Of a stretch of 57,881 nucleotides of DNA, positions 28,573 to 39,586 are shown in pieces. The notes under the pieces were generated by a model. It ran no database searches, was not told the DNA's origin, and saw only the letters and a list, made by a program, of their open reading frames with translations. The position numbers were made by a program, and so were the translations under genes. The DNA is taken from the IMG/VR virus record IMGVR_UViG_3300012002_000216, positions 1-57,881 of that record, one strand, 5' to 3'. The stretch's first letter is position 1. Each line of letters opens with the position of its first letter. This DNA is from a virus (Duplodnaviria > Caudoviricetes).

Positions 28573-31167
28573 ATGAAAAGATTTGATCCAGAAGCAATAA
28601 AGAGCCGCCTATTAGATCGGTTACGTGTACGTCTTGATTGGGCTTTAGTATCAGAGAACGGCACGCTATCGGCGTTACTAGACGCGTTTGCGGATGGACA
28701 TGCGGAAATTGCGAGATACGGGGAGTATCTACTAGGAGAGAAGAAATGGACGACAGCACAAAACATCACCTCTCTCACAACACAGGTTGGCCTGATAGGT
28801 CGTAAACCTCAACGTCGACGTTCAGCAATTTCATACGTTATCGTTTCTCATACTGATGAAGAAGGAACTAATCGACTACGTAATCTTGGCCGCTCATTCT
28901 TTAATCTTGATGATGCGTCAAACTATGATAACATCTCTCGCGACCCAGATCCGCAAAGCCCGTTTCGTACTCAAACGCTCGTACCTTGGACGTATGATAC
29001 ACCATATGTTGTTCCTAAGCGTACACGCTTTATCTCAGGCGATGGAACTGAATATGTTTCTACCACGTCTGTAGCTAGCCGCTCACTCAAAGAGCCATGG
29101 AATATCATCAGAGATGATCCGGAGCGACGAAGGGCATTTTTAGAAGCTGGTGGTTGGGCAGGTATCAAGTACCTTAAAGTTCCAGTCATTCAAGGAAAAA
29201 CGCGTACATACACTCTAGGAAGAGCAACGGGCGAACGGTTTGAAACGCGGCTATTGCCGGTACAGAATTGTGAGGATGCTTCCAATAACGTATCTAAGGA
29301 TTTTCTTAAAGTATACGTAAATCAAACCCCAGCAATGCCAGATGCGGCGAAAGAGTGGGTACAGGTACGCAGTCTATTACTTGCAGGTCCATATGATCGC
29401 GTATTCGAAGTCAACAATGTTCCAGATTACTCTGGTGTACTGTTTAAGTTTGGTGATGATGTCAATGGCAAGCGCCTCCCGCAAGGAGCGCAACTAACAG
29501 TTGAGTATCTTGAAAGCGCCGGTGAAAACGGCAATCTAGATCGTCGGTATCAAATAGAAGAGATGGTCTTTCCGGAAGGGTACGATATGATCGATCCTCG
29601 TACTCAAAATCTAGCGACATTTCTTTCAGCTACAAACATCGCTCCTATTTTAGGGGGCCAAAATCCAGAAAATGAGATTGATCTACGGAAAAACGCACCA
29701 CAAGACTATCTACAGTTCTACTCTATCGCTACTACAGGGGCATATGAGCGACAGATCTTACAATACGCCCAGCTTGGGTTAGATAAGGTCAAAGTTTTCA
29801 GTGGTGATCGATTTACTCGCACCAACCCCGCATTTGCGCAGGCAAGACAGGGCCTCAATTCATCAAATCTAGAGATAGGGTTGTCACAGAGTGTCTTATA
29901 TGTCACTGCTATCGCATCTAACGGAGAACGAATTGAGAATGCACAAACCACTTTGATAGACCCAGTAACAAAGGCGATCGGCGATTTGAAAGCACCGTCA
30001 GACACTCTTGCCTATATTGACCCAAACTTTATAAAATTGCGTCTCAGCACAGTCGTCTATTCGTCTAGTACGGATATGTCTGATGAAGACATTATCGATC
30101 TTGAGACCCAGGCCTTAGCAGATGAATACTCAATCTTTAATCGTGATTTTCGCCAACCATTTTACGAATCCGAATATGTACGACTAGTTTCATCTTTTCC
30201 TTTTGTGGATTATGTTGATACTCATATTGAGACAGCAGCTCATCTTCCATTAGAGGAAGACGGGATCGCCCATATTCCATCCGAATCTGAGGATGTTGAT
30301 GCTCAAGGTACTGAGACTATTACCTATCCTACGCTATATAAGTTTCCGTTCCGATTTGATAGGCTCTTCAGTCAGAATCCATTTTCACGAGGATTTAGGA
30401 ATTATCTACAAAACGTTCCAGCGCTTCTTCGAGTAGATCTGAAAATTCAGAACGATCCACGTAAAGCATCTCAGCTTAATAGAACGTTTTTCTTATATGA
30501 TCAGCGCAACAGGTATCAAGGTCCAGAAGTCCCAACACTAGCACAAGGTAAGTTTCTAATGCTCAATGATACAGCTGTTATTACTAACAACACTGGTCTA
30601 CCAGAGTGGAGACGCCCTGAAGAGACTCTAGAGAACTATAATGATCGTACTGTACGTGTTGCCCAATTCCCTCTTTTAGACGAAATAACAAACGATCAAA
30701 CAATGCTTGCACGTATCAAAGCTACAGATAAGTCACCAAGAGAAATTCGGCCATATCGTACTGATAGTCAGGGTCGTAATCGCATTTATCAAATGGATGA
30801 GGTAACGTGGCCAGCAAACGAGCCGGATCCACGCGTTCCTCTTCCCGGTGGTACCCAGGCATATCTTCGAGATTGGCGGTATATTAACTACTTTGATATT
30901 GAATTTAGCGAAAACTACGATTCACCACAATCAGCTGAATACGCTTTTGGATATATTGTTTTTCCTGCATCGTACTTTCAGTTCAATAACGTAGATATAA
31001 ACAATAAAGCCCAATTTGTAGGAGCCGCTCGAAACTTCATTTCCTTGAAGGTATACGCTCAGCCGCTTCTAGACGACATCAATCCAACTCAATGGAACGA
31101 CATCCTATTTTGCGATATGGAAGATATAGTCGTCGAGCGCGTGCGCCCTGGACAGCGACAGCAATAA
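28573..31167 (+). CDS. baseplate wedge protein (gp6/baseplate J-like)
   Basis: FDPEAIKSRL, LLDAFA, E..WTTAQ, FKFGDDVNGK.L, Y..SAGENGN, GGQNPE.EIDLRKNAP. Confidence 0.85.
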   Translation: MKRFDPEAIKSRLLDRLRVRLDWALVSENGTLSALLDAFADGHAEIARYGEYLLGEKKWTTAQNITSLTTQVGLIGRKPQRRRSAISYVIVSHTDEEGTNRLRNLGRSFFNLDDASNYDNISRDPDPQSPFRTQTLVPWTYDTPYVVPKRTRFISGDGTEYVSTTSVASRSLKEPWNIIRDDPERRRAFLEAGGWAGIKYLKVPVIQGKTRTYTLGRATGERFETRLLPVQNCEDASNNVSKDFLKVYVNQTPAMPDAAKEWVQVRSLLLAGPYDRVFEVNNVPDYSGVLFKFGDDVNGKRLPQGAQLTVEYLESAGENGNLDRRYQIEEMVFPEGYDMIDPRTQNLATFLSATNIAPILGGQNPENEIDLRKNAPQDYLQFYSIATTGAYERQILQYAQLGLDKVKVFSGDRFTRTNPAFAQARQGLNSSNLEIGLSQSVLYVTAIASNGERIENAQTTLIDPVTKAIGDLKAPSDTLAYIDPNFIKLRLSTVVYSSSTDMSDEDIIDLETQALADEYSIFNRDFRQPFYESEYVRLVSSFPFVDYVDTHIETAAHLPLEEDGIAHIPSESEDVDAQGTETITYPTLYKFPFRFDRLFSQNPFSRGFRNYLQNVPALLRVDLKIQNDPRKASQLNRTFFLYDQRNRYQGPEVPTLAQGKFLMLNDTAVITNNTGLPEWRRPEETLENYNDRTVRVAQFPLLDEITNDQTMLARIKATDKSPREIRPYRTDSQGRNRIYQMDEVTWPANEPDPRVPLPGGTQAYLRDWRYINYFDIEFSENYDSPQSAEYAFGYIVFPASYFQFNNVDINNKAQFVGAARNFISLKVYAQPLLDDINPTQWNDILFCDMEDIVVERVRPGQRQQ

Positions 31168-31182
31168 AGAGAGTGAATATAT

Positions 31183-34100
31183 ATGGCATATACATCTAGT
31201 TCTGAATTCGATCATGTAAAACGAATTCAAATAACAAATGAAGTTCCTCCTGTATCCTTGTTCTATCTGCTCCCGCAAGGTCTCCAAAATGAATTTTGGA
31301 AATATGTGATAGGCACAGCAGATACTCAACATAACATACCAGTCATAGATAACGAGAATCGACCCAAGAAAATTGTGAACGGGGATGAGTCCCCTATCTA
31401 TGGTCCGGTAGTACCTGAAACGCCCCCTACTTTTGAAGACGCAGAGGAATATCATAACATCACCATTGAAGGCACTATTGAGCCTGAGCTCGACTTCATG
31501 CTTCATGAAATGTACCGATATCTGGATACTATGTACCCAGATCATCCAGACTATCTTGAGCTTTTAACGAGCTTGGAAATGAATGAGATGTTTCGAGCAG
31601 CTGCAGCTGTGATAGGGTATGAACCAAACTATACGTTTATAGAAGACTGGAGCCGCTCTATCAATGGGCAGCGAATGCAGACTGAGGAAGTGAAATGGAA
31701 GATTCGTGATCTACGCTCTCTAGCGTTTCGTCGTAAGTTTTTTGGAGCATATCTAGGCTATAAGATGATCTGTAGCTCGTTGCTTCGACATGGATCCATT
31801 TATATCACAGGTAAGTATCGTCCATTGATTAACGGCGATGAAGCCACCATTGATTATGAAGATTTTCGTGCGAATCGTAGATTTCGTTTAATAGACTTCT
31901 TCAACACAAACGATACAGTCTATCAAGAAAACACACGAGTCACATTCAAAGGTCTTATAACTCCCAATTATCGTACACATGTGTACCATTACGCGTATCA
32001 AGACACATCAATAGTAGCTGACGGGGCCCTTGGGCGGGTCTCTGTAAACACTTTTCTTTCAAACGATACGATCAATCTTCCTACACCAAACGTTACGGTT
32101 ACGTCTAAGAAGGTAGGGAGCACAGCTTCTAATCAATACCACTTTTTAGAGATGTCGGGAAGTCAATACCCTACATTACGAACATATTCAATTCGAGATC
32201 TCAGTGATCCACAAGATGAAAGCCTAGAACGAAGAAAAATAGAACTGACACCATCTCCGTTTGCAGATGGAATTTTTGATTTTCCTCTACATGAAGCCTT
32301 ATCCGTCTATCCTGATCAGACTATTATACGCGACAATATCGATCTTATTGGTTTTAGTGGTAGCCTAGATGTTAATACAGCTGCTCTTTGTGATACGTAC
32401 AATGAGGGTGTCCGCACCTATACCGATTGTGCCAATATACTCCACCTAACTCGTGGGGAAATAACACTCAATATAAACGCAGATCGGTCTCCAATTCTCA
32501 ACGCTCTACCAGATCCAGATTATCCTCTATATGGGATTGAGTTTCAAGTTCGTCGCTTTGAGCAAAATCTTGATGGCACTATGCAACCCATAACGTCATC
32601 TATTTTTATTCAGTGTACTCTTACCTTTACTAGAGATAGACGTAATCGACCAACTAGTGCAACTGCACGTATTGTCACAATTCCTCATATCCATCCGCTT
32701 ACCGGCGAATCAAACGATCGTGAGTACCTTCTTGATCCAGATCAGATTGCACGCGTGACATCGGGCACACAGGCTTACTTCCTATCATATAGCGAGCAGA
32801 ATGCAGAATGGAGCTATATGATTGGATATGAAGGGTGGACCCAAAGTGTCAGCTGGGCCTGTATTCATACAGAAGAGCTAATGTATCAAGATGTACCTGT
32901 AAATGCTGCTTTTACAGTAGAGTCGTTTGAACGTTGGAAGCTACGAGCCGCTCATGACTTCTCTTCTGAAGCTGTGGTTCTAGACGAATTGCAAATATAC
33001 GGTCGAATAGAGAGTCAGCTACCTGGTACTATTTTGGTTCCGAATGAGGAAGAGAGCAAGAAGCTTCCATTGCTTACTCCAGGAGATGAAATTCGAGGTC
33101 CAGGACTTCCCCTCAATACCATGGTTACATATGTAGCTACAGATTATTTTGAGGTCTCACAAGACGCTCTTTTGTTCGGGCTCTCTGAATTTTCAATCGT
33201 GTTACGACAGTCGCAAGTGGTAGAAGATACGTTACTAGATGATTTCAAGCGCCAGGTGTATAATTTACATCCTGATACAGATCATTCTATTTATACTGCT
33301 ATGTGGCCTTCCCCTAAGTGGCCCCGAGTTAGCTCAGCATACCTTGAAGGTCTTAAAGATGCCTCGCTCTTTCAACCGCTAGCTGTTGAAAAAGTCACCA
33401 ATGATCCAGCAGCTATTGAATTTGATAAGACAGTCTTTTTAGAGCTTTCGTTAGACAGAGTATTACGACATGTCAATAGCGTTAAGTTTAAGATGGGACC
33501 ACGATACGTTTCTCTTATGGATAAAGCGTGGCTGGATTATGTAGAGAATTTTCTCTCACACGCTGCACGTGCTACCGAAATTGTACAGCTAGGAACGCAG
33601 CTCACATTAACAACTGATGAATCAGGACTATATACCATCATCCCGGAAAACCAGTATTCTGATCCTGACATTAACGCTCGCTTTACTATACTTCCAAACC
33701 CGTATGAAAATGATGAAACACCCACTCACCTCCAGTTAGGGACAGGCGGGCATACGGCCGAGCGCGAACGGCTCTTTACATCAATCTCTGACTTGAATCG
33801 TCCTCCTCTTTATGGTGTTACGACATTTGACTCAAATAGAGATCTATCCTCAGATTTAGAGAGGATTGAGCCTGTTCGTCGTGGTACATATGCTTCTGCA
33901 AAGAACATAGGGGACGGGTATGATGATAATATTGCCTCTATTGCCAATCTTGATAGCCCACTTTTTGAAGTACCACTCGGTGAGCATGAGTATGCTGTAG
34001 ATGTTGCGTCAGAAGAGCGTCCAGGGAATCGTTATAAGATTGTAACAACATCCGTATATGAAGAAGAGTTTAACGATATTGAAAAAGAAGACACGTTAAT

Positions 34101-37100
34101 TGTAAACTCACCATATATTGCAACTGGAGAGCAACTACCTAGAGAACTATACAGATTCAGAGGACGTTGGAACCCCGCACCTCAAGCAGAGAATCGCTTC
34201 ATACCTATTTGGCCTAAGGAAGACCCTAATAATCCGTTTGTCAATCGAGATTACTTTCTCGTCTCTGCAACTAACACAGTGGGGACCTACGAGTACGAAG
34301 AGGGCGACTGGTTAGTATACAATGACGGGGAATGGACTCGTCGACAATGGCTATTGCTAGGAACGTGGCCGCCCGACGGTGAACCCGAACCGGATAACGG
34401 TATTTATCTATCACCTTCCAAAACACAGCTCCAAACTGACATTGCACCTCTAGGGCTTACGATCTCTGAAGCTTTAGATAAGTACTTTATGTATTATATT
34501 GCTTCTAAGGATCTCGAGCTTAGGGACAAAACACCGGAAGGTGAACCTACAAAAACTATTGATGTAGCTATAGATGACTGGATTATTCTGACTAAAGAAA
34601 CATATGTTGATGAGAGTGCAAACAGGTTTATAGTGAGAGATGAAACAGGAGATGAGTATTACTTAATCTCGTTGCCACCTGGTCAACAGCAAGGAAACTG
34701 GACACCAGTTGAAGATTCAAATAATCCTTCGCAACCTGACTATCCAGATACTACTGGTCTCAGTCATAATGACTATTTTTATATAACAGAAGATAAAACT
34801 ATCGGAGGAGACACATTCCGAGAAGGCGATTATATACAAGTTGTCATTGATAGTCAAAATAACATAACCTGGCGTATTGCTGAAGCGTTCTTTTTGACTT
34901 GGACGGAGTACCAACCCTGGCTCGTAGCGGGTGGTCGAACATATGAAATTATTCGTCAATCTTTCCAACGGACCAATCTTTTAGATAATACTACGTTTCA
35001 AAAGTTCGTAGACCAACGAGAGCTTCTAATAGATAATACACAGCAGATTCTCGATCTACCTAGAGAATTTTTGGCACGTGGGTCCTGCAATTTTGAGCTC
35101 AAAATCGATCCAGAGTTTTATGCTACAGATGCAAATGGTGTACGATTCTCCTTAACTGCAAGTCCTATTTACCGTGATCAAACGGCTAATCGCTTCTATG
35201 TACACAATCAAACCGCAGATGGATCTACAACACGGCACGATATTGAGTTTAAGGATCCCACATACTTCAAAAATCTATATTCGCTTGTAGGAACAGTTTT
35301 TGCTGACACCCCAACAGAAATACACACTTACCCAGATTATGAGTTTAACGCTCAAGCACTATCGTTAACAGATAGCGTGAAATCTGGAAACTATATTTTC
35401 ATACGAAATGAGTATGAAGAAGCTCTAGAAAATCGGTACTACTCCCACTACATAACTATAGAGGGAGAAGTCAATCCCGATAATCTTTATCAAATTCGAC
35501 CAATAACCGACAGTCCTCGCGCTGACGATCGTGTCGAAGACTTTCGATTAAGTGTCTTAGGTATCCAACCCGTCGAAGCAGACGATGGGTCGATAGCAGC
35601 TAGATCAACAGTAAAAACCGCCTCTCCTGCGATCATTAGATCATACGAAGATCGATTTGAAAACAGATTCTTTCGTAATCTTCTTATGGTAGCTGGTACA
35701 GTAAAGAGAGATACTCCGAACATGATACTTCCATGGGGAGATGATCAAGAATCTCTACGAGCTTTTGCAGAAGCATTAGCTGAACTAAACCCTGGAGATT
35801 ATATTCAAGGAGTCTATCTTACAAATGGAACTACATATAGGTTATCGCAAAATGTTCTAACTCAAAATGATCAGCAAATCAATGTTATTCGGTGGGGCCC
35901 AGGCTCTTGGCTAGCAGCGGGTACTGAAGGCACATTGTTGATGAATTATTCAGATACTGTCGATGAGCCTTGGGAAACAAAGTCATTACCAACTGGTAGT
36001 AACCCCTCTATTGATGATACCTGGGATCCCATTGATGCAGTTAATGATGCTGTTTATTCACAAAATATCCAATCGTGGTGGATAGTGGGTGAAAGTGGCA
36101 ATATTGCACGATCGTATGACGATGGTGAGAACTGGCACATGGTTGCAGGACCTGAAGAATGGAACGGTATAGACCCATCAATAACTTGTATCGAATACTC
36201 TAACCCGCTCAACGATACTAACGTTGCCAATCGTCTTCTTATTGGTACAGATGATGGTCGCATAGCATATTTTGATGAAGATGCAGACGAGAACGATCTT
36301 ACTGCAGCCCAAGAGTGGACACCATTGCCTTTGCCAATTGAAGGGCAACTTGACACAGAAGGATTCGATCCAAATGCTGACGGTACAGGACAAAACGAAG
36401 ATGACGAAGAAGGCTCATTTGACGACGCCCCACCCGTGACTGAGGGTTGGGGTAATAATGCTGTTCAAGCTATTGGGTATAACGACATAACCGATACATG
36501 GATGATAGGTGGAAGTAATGGTAAACTAGCTGTTACAGATACATTACTAGATCCTGTACAAGATTCAGACCCCGATACTGACGATGACGATCTACCGAAA
36601 TCTCAATGGACTATGCTAGGTTTGCCAGATGGGTTAACCTTATATAATATTACCGCAATACGTTGTGTTGATGGTATGTGGGTGGTCGCCGGGGAGTATC
36701 AGCAACTAGGAGCTATTATATACTCTGATGATGATGGTGTCTCATGGTCGATTGCCCAGTTAAAAGACCAAAACGATGACGACGATGATTTCGGTCCAAT
36801 TTTTGAAATAGAGTGGAAGCCAGGAGAGTGGATAGCTACTTCAGAGGATGGAGTTGTATATACATCAGCATATAATGAAACCAACGCAGGTCGACCCTTT
36901 TCGGAGGCATTGCCGGAATGGACATATAAAGACATTCCTAGCATTCCTGACATGAAGATTCTTGGTGTAGGAGTAGCAGCTGATACGGTTCTTCTTGGTG
37001 GCGATGATGCAAATATCTATATAATATCTAATAATTCTCGTCCTGCTGATGCTCTGCAAATTCAGGAAGTCAATGAAGATGAGAGTATTTTCAATATTGT

Positions 37101-39555
37101 GACTGAAGCACCTGTTGTAGTGCCTGATGACTGGGAGGAATCGCTTGAGCTTCGTTGTCTGCTTCAAATCTATACGCTTAGATCTATTGAAGATAGCTAT
37201 GCAGGAGTTCCTGCAGACGCCATATCGACACTTACGAATCCGCGAACTCGTGAATTATATCTTCCAAGTACGTCAGAAGTAGAAGATGCCGACATAGCTA
37301 ATCGTGTATATATGCCACGAATGAACCCATTTCTACTAGAGCCTACGATAGGGAATGGAGATGAGAACCCAGATTATATCGGAGGAAATGGATATCCAAC
37401 CTTTGAGGAATCTGAAGATGCTTACGTCACTGGTGGAGCAGGAAATCCAGAACTCTGGACGAACGACAGCGGTTTGACACTTCATCATTGTGATATTGCT
37501 GGTAATTATATTGATGCGCGAGGAGTAGCTCTAGGAACAAATAGCTTCACCGAGCAAGTAGTAGTTGAAGACGAAGACACTGATCAAGATACGCGAACAG
37601 ATAGGGTCGATCCAAGGGAAGTCGCTTGGCAACCACTTTACACAACATATCTAGAGTGGTTAGAAGATGGTAATGATATTGAGATCTCAGATGATGTTAT
37701 TGACCTAACTGGGCTAGGTCCTATAGAAGTTGCTAATACGTATAATGAACAAAATGAAACTCCTTGGATTGAGACTACACTCTCTGTCACCTTAGATCCT
37801 CCGTACAATGGTATTAGTCTCAACATCCTACCAGCAAGTCCAGTAGCGATACCTCTACGAGGTATACCACGGTACCGAACAGACATGTCTGGAACAAACA
37901 TGGGTATAGTAGCTCAGATTCAAAATAATGAAGTACTATACTCAATCGAACCACTTGAAAACAACACAGCTTTAATTGAGACACGAGGGGATAATGAAGG
38001 TGTTGAATTTGAGAGCGGGCTTCCTGACGGGCTATATTCGATAGAGCCTGTCGCAGCATTGCCAGACTCCTTTGTTACTGACGAAGGGTTGGTAATTGAG
38101 GAAACGAGGGATGGTAAAACGTACTATACCGTTGATGACCCGGAGCTAACTGGTGTTTATTATCATCCTAATGGGTACGGTTCTTGGGCTGATCGACCCG
38201 CTACTAATGGTCTATGGCCATGGGAAAACGACCCCAATGCGTTTGTAGGTGAAGACACGGATAACGATGGCTTAAATGATCAGTTCTACTATCTACAAAA
38301 TAAACGGCACGATGTTATATATGTAGTAGATAGAATGGGCGAACGCGTAGTAGATGAGAACGGTGATTTTATACCATCTCCTGCGCCAAAGCACTTGTCA
38401 TATGCAGATCTGCTAGCCGTAGAGGGCGATTTTGCTGAGAAAGAGAATATTACGTTTTCACCAGATCAAGAGATCTCCATTACAGGTGTACGACAAAACG
38501 GGCGAGCTTTTGAAGTATCAAATCCCATTCCTATGGAAGAAGGAGCATTTGTACGACAGGTACGGTTGAACTTACTTACATTAGCATCAATCCCAACTAC
38601 CGAACGCTCGAAAACAGATGAACGTCTTGTATATAAGCTCACTCCACAAGATCTATTACGGTATGAACCAGATAGAGTGTATTATGGGGATTCAGCATAT
38701 CCTTCTCAAATAGAAGATCCAACACTCTATCAGGGTGGATTGTTCACAAATCGAAATGGAGCGCCAGTATTCCGAGCAAATTCTGAAGGAAGCTATCTTG
38801 ATGTAAATGACGAAGCTACATTAGATCTTTCTGCACGAACACGTACAGCTCAGCCTCTTTATTATCTGTGTCAAGACTGGTTTCAAGAAGAGTATTTCGT
38901 AGAAGGTGATGAAGATAATCCATACTGGCAATACATCATCTTTGAAGACTACTTAGATAATCGCTCCAAAGAATGGCGCCAGCGCTATACGACATATCGT
39001 CGGGTAAAGGGAGATGCTGGTCAAGAGATGGTACTACAAAAGGTGCCAGACGAAGATGCATATGTAACTCTATATCCAGGGTTAGAGTATTCGAGTGATA
39101 GAGAGTCACTAATCGTTCGCCAAACAGACTATATTCAATATCGTCGTGGGCGCATTGCTGCAGTTATGGTATCTAATCGACGGTATTCACGTGAAGAATA
39201 CCCTAATGTTGATCAAGAGAATGCACAATATGGTCTTTACTATGATTCTGTCTTTCATGAAGCTACCGACCTAGAGGGCAATGACATTGACATGTTTGAT
39301 CTGGATGAGGTAGTACAGACTGAGCTTAAGGGTAATTGGAAGCTCAACTATTCCGTCAATACAACGAAGAATTTCGCTAATCCACTAGACTCGCAATCAT
39401 CCATTGTAGCTATTACAGAACTTGGTCTCTTTAACGCAGCTCATGAAATGATTGCATATGCAAACTTTCCACCAGTTATCTATGACTCTGCTAAACATCA
39501 TATGTCAGTGAACTTGCTTATTAAGCAAGGAGAGTTTACACCTGTCAATGACTAA
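31183..39555 (+). CDS. giant baseplate wedge/fibre protein (gp7-like N-terminus, beta-propeller, tail-collar-fibre-like C-terminus)
   Basis: 2790 aa after gp6; Asp-box motifs RSYDDGENW and YSDDDGVSW; G.W..P...GD[WY] repeats; C-terminal ITELGLFN...MIAYANFPP. Confidence 0.65.
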   Translation: MAYTSSSEFDHVKRIQITNEVPPVSLFYLLPQGLQNEFWKYVIGTADTQHNIPVIDNENRPKKIVNGDESPIYGPVVPETPPTFEDAEEYHNITIEGTIEPELDFMLHEMYRYLDTMYPDHPDYLELLTSLEMNEMFRAAAAVIGYEPNYTFIEDWSRSINGQRMQTEEVKWKIRDLRSLAFRRKFFGAYLGYKMICSSLLRHGSIYITGKYRPLINGDEATIDYEDFRANRRFRLIDFFNTNDTVYQENTRVTFKGLITPNYRTHVYHYAYQDTSIVADGALGRVSVNTFLSNDTINLPTPNVTVTSKKVGSTASNQYHFLEMSGSQYPTLRTYSIRDLSDPQDESLERRKIELTPSPFADGIFDFPLHEALSVYPDQTIIRDNIDLIGFSGSLDVNTAALCDTYNEGVRTYTDCANILHLTRGEITLNINADRSPILNALPDPDYPLYGIEFQVRRFEQNLDGTMQPITSSIFIQCTLTFTRDRRNRPTSATARIVTIPHIHPLTGESNDREYLLDPDQIARVTSGTQAYFLSYSEQNAEWSYMIGYEGWTQSVSWACIHTEELMYQDVPVNAAFTVESFERWKLRAAHDFSSEAVVLDELQIYGRIESQLPGTILVPNEEESKKLPLLTPGDEIRGPGLPLNTMVTYVATDYFEVSQDALLFGLSEFSIVLRQSQVVEDTLLDDFKRQVYNLHPDTDHSIYTAMWPSPKWPRVSSAYLEGLKDASLFQPLAVEKVTNDPAAIEFDKTVFLELSLDRVLRHVNSVKFKMGPRYVSLMDKAWLDYVENFLSHAARATEIVQLGTQLTLTTDESGLYTIIPENQYSDPDINARFTILPNPYENDETPTHLQLGTGGHTAERERLFTSISDLNRPPLYGVTTFDSNRDLSSDLERIEPVRRGTYASAKNIGDGYDDNIASIANLDSPLFEVPLGEHEYAVDVASEERPGNRYKIVTTSVYEEEFNDIEKEDTLIVNSPYIATGEQLPRELYRFRGRWNPAPQAENRFIPIWPKEDPNNPFVNRDYFLVSATNTVGTYEYEEGDWLVYNDGEWTRRQWLLLGTWPPDGEPEPDNGIYLSPSKTQLQTDIAPLGLTISEALDKYFMYYIASKDLELRDKTPEGEPTKTIDVAIDDWIILTKETYVDESANRFIVRDETGDEYYLISLPPGQQQGNWTPVEDSNNPSQPDYPDTTGLSHNDYFYITEDKTIGGDTFREGDYIQVVIDSQNNITWRIAEAFFLTWTEYQPWLVAGGRTYEIIRQSFQRTNLLDNTTFQKFVDQRELLIDNTQQILDLPREFLARGSCNFELKIDPEFYATDANGVRFSLTASPIYRDQTANRFYVHNQTADGSTTRHDIEFKDPTYFKNLYSLVGTVFADTPTEIHTYPDYEFNAQALSLTDSVKSGNYIFIRNEYEEALENRYYSHYITIEGEVNPDNLYQIRPITDSPRADDRVEDFRLSVLGIQPVEADDGSIAARSTVKTASPAIIRSYEDRFENRFFRNLLMVAGTVKRDTPNMILPWGDDQESLRAFAEALAELNPGDYIQGVYLTNGTTYRLSQNVLTQNDQQINVIRWGPGSWLAAGTEGTLLMNYSDTVDEPWETKSLPTGSNPSIDDTWDPIDAVNDAVYSQNIQSWWIVGESGNIARSYDDGENWHMVAGPEEWNGIDPSITCIEYSNPLNDTNVANRLLIGTDDGRIAYFDEDADENDLTAAQEWTPLPLPIEGQLDTEGFDPNADGTGQNEDDEEGSFDDAPPVTEGWGNNAVQAIGYNDITDTWMIGGSNGKLAVTDTLLDPVQDSDPDTDDDDLPKSQWTMLGLPDGLTLYNITAIRCVDGMWVVAGEYQQLGAIIYSDDDGVSWSIAQLKDQNDDDDDFGPIFEIEWKPGEWIATSEDGVVYTSAYNETNAGRPFSEALPEWTYKDIPSIPDMKILGVGVAADTVLLGGDDANIYIISNNSRPADALQIQEVNEDESIFNIVTEAPVVVPDDWEESLELRCLLQIYTLRSIEDSYAGVPADAISTLTNPRTRELYLPSTSEVEDADIANRVYMPRMNPFLLEPTIGNGDENPDYIGGNGYPTFEESEDAYVTGGAGNPELWTNDSGLTLHHCDIAGNYIDARGVALGTNSFTEQVVVEDEDTDQDTRTDRVDPREVAWQPLYTTYLEWLEDGNDIEISDDVIDLTGLGPIEVANTYNEQNETPWIETTLSVTLDPPYNGISLNILPASPVAIPLRGIPRYRTDMSGTNMGIVAQIQNNEVLYSIEPLENNTALIETRGDNEGVEFESGLPDGLYSIEPVAALPDSFVTDEGLVIEETRDGKTYYTVDDPELTGVYYHPNGYGSWADRPATNGLWPWENDPNAFVGEDTDNDGLNDQFYYLQNKRHDVIYVVDRMGERVVDENGDFIPSPAPKHLSYADLLAVEGDFAEKENITFSPDQEISITGVRQNGRAFEVSNPIPMEEGAFVRQVRLNLLTLASIPTTERSKTDERLVYKLTPQDLLRYEPDRVYYGDSAYPSQIEDPTLYQGGLFTNRNGAPVFRANSEGSYLDVNDEATLDLSARTRTAQPLYYLCQDWFQEEYFVEGDEDNPYWQYIIFEDYLDNRSKEWRQRYTTYRRVKGDAGQEMVLQKVPDEDAYVTLYPGLEYSSDRESLIVRQTDYIQYRRGRIAAVMVSNRRYSREEYPNVDQENAQYGLYYDSVFHEATDLEGNDIDMFDLDEVVQTELKGNWKLNYSVNTTKNFANPLDSQSSIVAITELGLFNAAHEMIAYANFPPVIYDSAKHHMSVNLLIKQGEFTPVND

Positions 39556-39557
39556 TT
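39551..39557 (+). promoter_or_regulatory. ACTAATT putative late promoter
   Basis: Contains the upstream TAA stop; precedes 39587. Confidence 0.65.
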
Positions 39558-39586
39558 GAAGAGATGATCACGAGGAGAATAGACAG

